Source: an uncultured candidatus Porisulfidus sp.
GTDB lineage: Bacteria; Pseudomonadota; Gammaproteobacteria; Poriferisulfidales; Poriferisulfidaceae
DNA: 64,000 nt
Assembly: GCA_965199755.1 (NCBI GenBank)
Contig: CBDASZ010000002.1
Span: 32,001-96,000 of the forward strand
Direction: 5' to 3'
Shown here: in pieces, positions 53,013-64,000 of the stretch
Numbering within the stretch: the stretch's first letter is position 1
Layout: every line of letters begins with the position of its first letter
Translations under genes and position numbers: made by a program
The notes under the pieces: generated by a model
The model's input: only the letters and a program-made list of their open reading frames with translations
What the model was told of the DNA's origin: nothing
The model's database searches: none

Positions 53013-53629
53013 CTCTCCCTCCATACGGACTGTACGCCATCACGCCCAACGACTGCCCGGATCTCCTTGAAACCGTATCCGCCGTCATTGCCGGCGGCGC
53101 ATGCCTGATTCAATACCGTGACACTGACGCATCCGTATCACAGCGCCAGTCACGCGCCGAAGCGCTGCTGGAGTTGTGCCGCAGCCAACACACCCCTTTA
53201 CTCATCGACAACGATCTGGACCTGGCGCTGGCGATCGGTGCGGAGGGTGTTCACCTCGGGGCTGATGATCTGCCGGTTGCCGAAGCGCGTACGCGATTCC
53301 CTGCCGGACTGATCGGAGCCTCTTGTTACAATGATTTCGAACGCGCCCGGTCGGCTGAAGCAGCCGGTGCCAGTTATGTCGCGTTCGGAAGTTTCCACGC
53401 CAGTCCCACCAAACCTGAAGCCGTGACCGCTTCTCCAGAACTGCTGACCCGCGCGCGCCGCGCGCTGTCCTCGCCCGTATGCGCCATCGGTGGCATCAAT
53501 ACGGACCGCGCCGCGCCCCTGATTGCCGCGGGTGCCGACTTTCTGGCCGTAAGCTCTGCCCTGTTCACCGCAACCGACCCTTGTGCGCAAGCACAAGCTA
53601 TTGCACAGCAATTCCCCAGCCATGAGTGA
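53009..53629 (+). CDS. thiE: Thiamine phosphate synthase
   Basis: [28 protein letters not shown] and AIGGI motifs. Confidence 0.93.
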   Translation: MTLPPYGLYAITPNDCPDLLETVSAVIAGGACLIQYRDTDASVSQRQSRAEALLELCRSQHTPLLIDNDLDLALAIGAEGVHLGADDLPVAEARTRFPAGLIGASCYNDFERARSAEAAGASYVAFGSFHASPTKPEAVTASPELLTRARRALSSPVCAIGGINTDRAAPLIAAGADFLAVSSALFTATDPCAQAQAIAQQFPSHE

Positions 53630-54908
53630 TTCTTCCCCGTACAAGGCCGCGCAGCGCTATCTTCCCGGCGGCGTCAATTCACCAGTGCGCGCATTCGGCG
53701 CAGTCGGCGGTACACCCGTATTCATGCAGCGCGGTGACGGTGCCTTCCTCGCCGATACGCAAGGCAACCGCTACATTGATTATGTCGGCTCCTGGGGGCC
53801 GATGATTGTCGGCCACGCGCACCCTCAAGTGTTGGAGCGTATTGAGCAGACGCTAAAACACGGCCTGTGTTTCGGCACTCCGCACGAACTGGAAACGGAA
53901 ATGGCCGAGCGTCTGTGCGCTTTGGTGCCGTCGCTGGAAAAAGTTCGACTGGTCAATTCCGGTACCGAAGCCGCCATGACCGCTATTCGTCTCGCGCGCG
54001 GCGCGACTGGCAGAGATCGTATTCTCAAATTCGCCGGCTGCTACCACGGCCATGCCGACGCCCTGCTGGTGGAAGCCGGTTCCGGCGCACTGACGCATGG
54101 CGTGCCTTCCTCACCCGGCATCCCTGAAGGCACAGTCGAAAACACCGAACTCGCGGCCTACAACGATGTGGAAGAAGTGCGCAAAATCTTTGATGCGCGC
54201 GGTGCGGAAATCGCGGCGGTCATTGTCGAACCTATTGCCGGCAATATGGGCTGCATTCTGCCGCAAGACGGATTCCTGCAAACCTTGCGCGACTGCTGCG
54301 ATCAATATGGCAGTCTGCTGATTTTTGATGAAGTGATGACCGGCTTTCGCGTCGGTCTCGGTGGCGCGCAAGAGCGCTATGGTATCCTCCCGGATCTGAC
54401 CGTGCTCGGCAAAGTCATTGGCGGCGGGCTGCCGGTCGGCGCTTTTGGCGGTCGCGCCGAATTAATGGAGCAACTGTTGCCCGCCGGTCCTGTCTATCAG
54501 GCCGGTACCTTGTCCGGCAATCCTGTCACCATGGCCGCCGGACTCGCCACTTTGGATCTGGTCATGGCGGATGGATTCCATGCAAACTTGCAGCAACACG
54601 CCCGGCAACTGGTGAATGGCTTGCGCGATACGGCCGCTTCCTGCGAGGTCAGTTTCGAGGCGGTTGAAGCTACCGGTATGTTCGGGATCTTCTTCACGGA
54701 CAACGGACCGGTTCGCTCCTACACCGATGCGTGCACCTGTCGCATCAATGATTATCGGGTGTTTTTCCATGAGATGCTCAAGCGCGGTATTTATCTGGCA
54801 CCTTCCAGTTATGAAGCAGGTTTTCTGTCCGCGGCACATACCGAAACAGAAATCGAGCAGACGCTCGACGCCGCGCGGTCGGCCTTCGCGGTGATTCGCG
54901 ATCAGTGA
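53622..54908 (+). CDS. hemL: Glutamate-1-semialdehyde 2,1-aminomutase
   Basis: [33 protein letters not shown] and AGTLSGNP; ATG at 53622. Confidence 0.97.
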   Translation: MSDSSPYKAAQRYLPGGVNSPVRAFGAVGGTPVFMQRGDGAFLADTQGNRYIDYVGSWGPMIVGHAHPQVLERIEQTLKHGLCFGTPHELETEMAERLCALVPSLEKVRLVNSGTEAAMTAIRLARGATGRDRILKFAGCYHGHADALLVEAGSGALTHGVPSSPGIPEGTVENTELAAYNDVEEVRKIFDARGAEIAAVIVEPIAGNMGCILPQDGFLQTLRDCCDQYGSLLIFDEVMTGFRVGLGGAQERYGILPDLTVLGKVIGGGLPVGAFGGRAELMEQLLPAGPVYQAGTLSGNPVTMAAGLATLDLVMADGFHANLQQHARQLVNGLRDTAASCEVSFEAVEATGMFGIFFTDNGPVRSYTDACTCRINDYRVFFHEMLKRGIYLAPSSYEAGFLSAAHTETEIEQTLDAARSAFAVIRDQ

Positions 54909-56725
54909 GTTTGCGGACGGCGATATAGTTTGGCGAATAGCCCGTCTGAATCCATTAACTGCTGCGGGCCGCCCTGCTCCATGATGCGCCCGTCTTCCAA
55001 TACATAGACCTGATCGGCGTGTCGTACCGCGCTCAACCGGTGCGCAGCCATCAAAATAGTGCGTCCTTCGAAGCGCCGAAACAGTTCTATATGTAGCCGC
55101 TCTTCGGTCAGCGCGTCCAGCATGGAGGTCGCCTCATCGAGAATCAGAATCTGCGGGTCCAGCAACACCGCGCGCGCAATGGACAAGCGCTGTTTCTGTC
55201 CACCGGACAGGCGCACACCATCCACCCCCAACTGCGTGTCCAGACCGTCCGGCAGTGCATGATGCAAGTCTCCCAGTTGCGCGACATGCAGTGCATCGAG
55301 CAAATCTTCGTCGGGGACATCCACTCCCAGACTCAAATTGGCGCGAAGACTGTCGTGAAACAGCGTCGGATGCTGCAACACGATTGAGACATGCTCGCGA
55401 ACCACGTCAAAGCCAATGTCACGCACTGCCACCCCGCCGAAATGAATGTCTCCGTGACTGACCGGATACAGACCCAGCAACACCTGCATCAAAGTGGACT
55501 TGCCGGCACCACTCGCGCCCACGAATGCGACACGCTCACCCGCCGCCACTTTCAAATTGATCTGATTGAGTGTCTGACGGTCCGGCTGGAACGCGAAACT
55601 GATGCCCTCCAGTTCCACCGAAGTAGTCAGAGCATCGCGGAACGGGTCCTGCTTGCTCTCATAGCGCGGCTCTTCGCGCAGTTCGAGAATGCGGTTGACC
55701 CGTCCGAGTGCGGCCATCGCCGCATAGTAGGCATATTGCACGCCCAGCAATTCCTGCACCGGCGCGATCATGAACCACAAGTAGCCGAACACAGCCATCA
55801 TCTCGCCGATGCTCAGATCGGAAAACACCACCATCAGCATTCCGATCGCGCGGAACATGTCAAAACCCAGCAAGAACACCGTGTTCGAGGCCTTGTTCGC
55901 GAACTCGCTCTTCCAGTAAAAGGCCGACGAGCGATCGCGCACGTGCTTGGCCTGATCCACTACTCGCAGCAGATAATGACGCTCGCGATTATGTGCGCGA
56001 ATTTCATGGATGCCGTCTAAAGTTTCAGTCAGCGCCTGCTGAAAACTGCTGATGGCGGAGTTCTCACGGCTTTTGAGATCCTTGACTTTGCGCCCCAGCA
56101 CAATGGTGAAATAAATCACCACCGGATTCATGCAAAGGATGAACAGCGCCAAACTCCAGTGCAGCCACAGCAACACTGCGGCAGTCCCCAGAATGGTCAG
56201 CACCGCGACCACGAACTTGCCGACCGTAATCGATACAAAGTCGTCAATCGTCTGCAGGTCGGTCACCAGATACGCCGACACCGTCCCGCTGCCGAGTGAT
56301 TCGAACTCCGACAGCGCCGTGCTCTCCAGACGCCACAGCAACTGACAGCGCAAACGGCAAATCAGATCCTTGGCCACCCGGCTCAATTCCCGCACCTGCA
56401 CCGCATGCAGCAAGGTTGAACTGACCCGCAGGATCACCACGGCGACGAAGATCGCGCTGACGAACAGAATCGGGCCGTGCCAGGACTTCGGCGTCAAGGC
56501 TGAAATGGTGAAGGTCAACGCTCCCGGCTGACCCAACAAAACTTCATCAACCAGCAGCGGGATCATCAACGGCACTGGAATGCTGGCCAAGGTCGCCGCC
56601 ACCGCGACCAGATACGCATAGCCCAGATGCCGGCGATGCGGGCGGATCAGGCGCAGGAGATAGGCCAGCGAATATTCCGCTGGCGGTGCCTCTTCGGCGA
56701 ACACTCGCGCCGGGGCGTTGTTCAT
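54902..56725 (-). CDS. ABC exporter with fused TMD and NBD (substrate unknown)
   Basis: About 6 TM segments, Walker A GASGAGKS, signature LSGGQ, ILDEAT and an H-loop. Confidence 0.9.
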   Translation of the reverse strand: MNNAPARVFAEEAPPAEYSLAYLLRLIRPHRRHLGYAYLVAVAATLASIPVPLMIPLLVDEVLLGQPGALTFTISALTPKSWHGPILFVSAIFVAVVILRVSSTLLHAVQVRELSRVAKDLICRLRCQLLWRLESTALSEFESLGSGTVSAYLVTDLQTIDDFVSITVGKFVVAVLTILGTAAVLLWLHWSLALFILCMNPVVIYFTIVLGRKVKDLKSRENSAISSFQQALTETLDGIHEIRAHNRERHYLLRVVDQAKHVRDRSSAFYWKSEFANKASNTVFLLGFDMFRAIGMLMVVFSDLSIGEMMAVFGYLWFMIAPVQELLGVQYAYYAAMAALGRVNRILELREEPRYESKQDPFRDALTTSVELEGISFAFQPDRQTLNQINLKVAAGERVAFVGASGAGKSTLMQVLLGLYPVSHGDIHFGGVAVRDIGFDVVREHVSIVLQHPTLFHDSLRANLSLGVDVPDEDLLDALHVAQLGDLHHALPDGLDTQLGVDGVRLSGGQKQRLSIARAVLLDPQILILDEATSMLDALTEERLHIELFRRFEGRTILMAAHRLSAVRHADQVYVLEDGRIMEQGGPQQLMDSDGLFAKLYRRPQTH

Positions 56726-57093
56726 GAAGATTCGGCGTTACGCTGGCGAATCTGCTCGTGAATCGGCTCCATATCCAGATCAAGGGCTTTTTGCACCAAA
56801 TCCTCAAACTGCTGCGCCGGCAAGGCTCCGGGCTGCGCCAGCAATTGGACCTGCTCGCGAAACACCATCAGGGTCGGTATCGAGCGGATCTGAAAGGCTT
56901 GCGCCAGATCCATCTGCTCTTCGGTGTTGATCTTGCCGAACACGACGTTCGGATAACGCTCGGAGACCGTCTCGAAGGTCGGCGCAAAACTCTTGCACGG
57001 ACCGCACCACTCGGCCCAGAAGTCGATGATGATCAGATCGTTGTTGTCAATGGTCTCGTTGAAATTATCTTTGGTCAGTTCAATGGTGCTCAT
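56722..57093 (-). CDS. trxA: Thioredoxin
   Basis: DFWAEWCGPC and IRSIPTL motifs. Confidence 0.9.
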   Translation of the reverse strand: MSTIELTKDNFNETIDNNDLIIIDFWAEWCGPCKSFAPTFETVSERYPNVVFGKINTEEQMDLAQAFQIRSIPTLMVFREQVQLLAQPGALPAQQFEDLVQKALDLDMEPIHEQIRQRNAESS

Positions 57094-57117
57094 AAGGCCT
57101 CCTGTGCCTCGTCGCGC

Positions 57118-58464
57118 CTACAGGCGCATTTCCAAATGGTGGCATAAATCCGAACCCGGCCGATTGCTCATGGCCAGAATCACACCCCCGTCGTCTAGTC
57201 GCGCGCGAAGCTGCTCCAGCAACTCCTGCGGCTCGCTCACGACATGCAGACCCAGCGCTTCCCGCACTAGCGCCTGCGCGTCCCAATCCAGTTCCTGCGA
57301 CACATACAGCCAGGCTTCATCCGCACCAGACATCGCTTCCGCTAGTCCCGCGCGGTGCGCGCCGCCACGCATGCTGTTGGAGGCCAGCTCCACCACCGCC
57401 AGCACCCGCTGTTCGCAGTGATGCCCCTTGACCGCTTCGATGGTGGCGCGGATCTCAGTCGGGTGATGGGCGAAATCATCATACAGCCGTACATCGTCAC
57501 GCGGCGTCGGCTTGAGCGTCAGGCGTCGCGCCACGCCAGCAAATGAGGCCAGACTGGCAAGCGCCGCCTCAATCGCCACTCCTGCATGATGCGCGGCAGC
57601 CACCGCGGCTGTGGCGTTCAAGGCATTGTGCGCACCGATCGGCCGGTAATCCGCGGCCTCGTAGTCCTGATCCTGATGCCGTATGCGCAGCACCTCGCCT
57701 GCCTCCCACACACAGCGCCAGTCGCAATGTTCTTCAAAGCCAAAGGTCTCCACCGGCGTCCAGCACCCCATGTCCAGCACTTGCTGCAAAGCCACATCAT
57801 CGTCGCGGCACAAAATGCGCCCGTCTGACGGCACGATGCGCAACAGGTGGTGGAATTGTTTCTGAATCGCCTCCAGATTCTCGAAAATATCCGCGTGATC
57901 GTATTCCAGATTGTTCAGAATCAGCGTGCGTGGACAGTAATGCACGAACTTGGAACGCTTGTCGAAGAAAGCGGTGTCATACTCATCCGCCTCGATCACA
58001 AAATAAGGCGCACTCCCGGCCTGCGCGCTTTTGCCAGTCCGCGCCGCCACCCCGCCGATCAGATAGCCCGGCTCCAGCCCCACTTCAATCAACAGATGCG
58101 CCAACATCGCGCTGGTGGTGGTCTTGCCGTGCGTGCCAGCCACCGCCAGTACATGCCGCTGCTGCAACAGATTCTCTTTCAGCCATTGCGGCCCGGAGGT
58201 ATAGGCCAGTGAACTGTTGAGCAGCTGTTCGATAATCGGGACGCCGCGGCGCATCACGTTGCCGACCACCACGCAGTCCGGCTCCGGTTGCAGATGCGCC
58301 CAGTCGTAGCCCTGCTGGCAGTCCACGCCGGCCTGCTCAAGTTGTGTAATCATCGGCGGGAACAAGGATTCGTCCGAACCAGTCACCCGGTGTCCGGTCT
58401 CGGTGGCGATGCGGGCAATGCCGGCCATGAAACTGCCGGCCACGCCCAGAATATGCAGGTGCAC
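57118..58464 (-). CDS. mpl: Murein peptide ligase
   Basis: HLHILGVAGSFM, AGTHGKTTT, EADEYDTAFFDKRSKF and DDFAHHPT motifs. Confidence 0.96.
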   Translation of the reverse strand: MHLHILGVAGSFMAGIARIATETGHRVTGSDESLFPPMITQLEQAGVDCQQGYDWAHLQPEPDCVVVGNVMRRGVPIIEQLLNSSLAYTSGPQWLKENLLQQRHVLAVAGTHGKTTTSAMLAHLLIEVGLEPGYLIGGVAARTGKSAQAGSAPYFVIEADEYDTAFFDKRSKFVHYCPRTLILNNLEYDHADIFENLEAIQKQFHHLLRIVPSDGRILCRDDDVALQQVLDMGCWTPVETFGFEEHCDWRCVWEAGEVLRIRHQDQDYEAADYRPIGAHNALNATAAVAAAHHAGVAIEAALASLASFAGVARRLTLKPTPRDDVRLYDDFAHHPTEIRATIEAVKGHHCEQRVLAVVELASNSMRGGAHRAGLAEAMSGADEAWLYVSQELDWDAQALVREALGLHVVSEPQELLEQLRARLDDGGVILAMSNRPGSDLCHHLEMRL

Positions 58465-58480
58465 GGGTCAGATCGCCCGC

Positions 58481-59245
58481 CTAGCGGGCAAACACCCATT
58501 GCGTGTCGGTCGACATCTCCGGCGCGTAGCGATATCCCGCTTCCGCGAAATCACGCAAATCATCTACCTTGCGCAAGCGATTCTTGACGATATAGCGCGT
58601 CATCATGCCGCGCGCCTTCTTCGCAAACAGACCAATCACCCGATACTGGTTCCCTTTGCGCTCTTTGAATACAGGCTCGATCACCGGTGCCTCCAGCGCA
58701 TCCGGCTGTACCGCGCGGAAATATTCCTGCGAGGCCAGATTCACCAGTACCGACTGCTTCTGTTCCCCCAGCGCCTCGCGCAGCCCGTCGCTGATCTGCT
58801 GCCCCCAGAATTGATACAGGTTGCTACCCTTCGGCGTGGTCAGTCGGGTACCCATTTCAAGCCGATATGGCTGAATCAGGTCCAGCGGGCGCAGCAGGCC
58901 GTACAGACCCGACAGGATACGCACATGCTGCTGTGCGAATTTCAACTCTTGCGCAGTGAAGTCATCGGCTCCCAGGCCGGTGTACACATCGCCCTTGAAG
59001 GTCAAGGCAGCCGGGCGCGCGTTGTCCACCGTGAAAGGCGTCTTCCAGTCCTGATAGCGACCGTGATTGAGGCTCGCGATCTTCGGGCTGACGCGCATTA
59101 ATTCGGCAATGCCATCCGGTGACAACTTGCGCAAACAACGAATGAGTTGCCGCGACTGCTTCAGATAATCCGGCTGCGTGCAGATGCGGGCATCCGCCGG
59201 CGCATCTGGATTCAGGGTCTTGGAAGGCGAAAGAACAACCAACAT
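58481..59245 (-). CDS. yaaA: Peroxide stress protein YaaA
   Basis: LSPSKTL, FKGDVY, LSGLYGLLRPLD..PYRLEMGT, NLASQEY and KKARG motifs. Confidence 0.95.
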   Translation of the reverse strand: MLVVLSPSKTLNPDAPADARICTQPDYLKQSRQLIRCLRKLSPDGIAELMRVSPKIASLNHGRYQDWKTPFTVDNARPAALTFKGDVYTGLGADDFTAQELKFAQQHVRILSGLYGLLRPLDLIQPYRLEMGTRLTTPKGSNLYQFWGQQISDGLREALGEQKQSVLVNLASQEYFRAVQPDALEAPVIEPVFKERKGNQYRVIGLFAKKARGMMTRYIVKNRLRKVDDLRDFAEAGYRYAPEMSTDTQWVFAR

Positions 59246-59272
59246 GAATATAGCTCCGAGTTGGACTTGAAA

Positions 59273-63364
<4,092 letters not shown>

Positions 63365-63368
<4 letters not shown>

Positions 63369-64000
63369 GCGGCCTCCGCATCCTGTTCGGCCAGTTCGAT
63401 CGCCTGCGCGATGTCCACGCTTACCACCCGCGATATGCCCGGCTCATTCATGGTTACCCCGATTAACTGACTCACATGTTCCATCGTAATCTTATTGTGC
63501 GTGATGATGAGGAACTGGATGTCTTCGCTCATCTCCACGATGATCTCGCAAAACCGTCGCAGATTGTCGTCTGACAGCGGCGCGTCCACCTCATCCAGAA
63601 TGCAAAACGGTGCCGGATTGAGCAAAAACAGCGACAGAATCAGGCTCGCCGCCACCATCGCCTGCTCGCCGCCCGAAAGCATATGCATCGGCCGATAGCG
63701 CTTGCCCGGCGGACGGGCGCGCACTTCCACCCCGGTGCTCAACAAGTTCTGTTCGGTGAGGGCCAGATTCGCCTCTCCGCCCTCGCCGATGATGCGCGGG
63801 AACACCTGCTGCAGATGCGTGTTGACTTCATCAAAGGTGCGCTTGAAACGCTCGCGAGTCTCGCGGTCAATGCGCGCCATGGCGTCGCGCAGTTTCTGCA
63901 ACGCGTCCTCAATGTCGGCATGACGCTTCTCCAGTTCCTGCGCCTGCTTCTGGACTTCGTCGTATTCGCTAATCGCCGCCGCATTAATCGGTGGCATTCG
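63365..64000 (-). CDS. smc: Chromosome segregation protein SMC (C-terminal part; 5' end outside the window)
   Basis: PINAAAISEY, ARPPGK, LSGGE, PAPFCILDEVDAPL and ITHNK motifs. Confidence 0.95.

Overview
This is a GC-rich, densely packed chromosomal segment of a Gammaproteobacterium, almost entirely housekeeping genes. In order: tolB(partial)-tolAQR-ybgC-ruvBAC-yebC-nudB-aspS-erpA; uvrA; lpd-aceF-aceE; bamD; nadE; a PQQ sugar dehydrogenase; pilD-coaE-zapD; recG-ridA-spoT-rpoZ; tRNA-Met; gyrA-serC-pheA-hisC-tyrA-aroA-cmk-rpsA-ihfB-lapAB-pyrF; a cobalamin riboswitch with btuB; sco-psd; efp; parE-parC-htpX-thiE-hemL; and ABC exporter-trxA-mpl-yaaA-lpxA-ligA-zipA-smc(partial). I see no intact mobile element, CRISPR array, defence system or convincing new multi-gene system. 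The best leads are smaller. (i) Four intergenic islands hold sub-60-aa ORFs or gene debris missed or fragmented by the ORF track: a head-on junction of an ATPase N-terminus with a frameshifted Ig-domain surface protein, a possible collapsed beta-barrel remnant, a 52-aa membrane protein beside tRNA-Met, and an unassigned 56-aa ORF. (ii) ParC has both quinolone-contact residues replaced (S80D/E84R equivalents). (iii) A displaced LpxA carries Leptospira-like motifs. (iv) LigA has a triplicated HhH unit. (v) The cobalamin riboswitch is compact. All calls come from reading the sequence and motif recall; no database searches were run.
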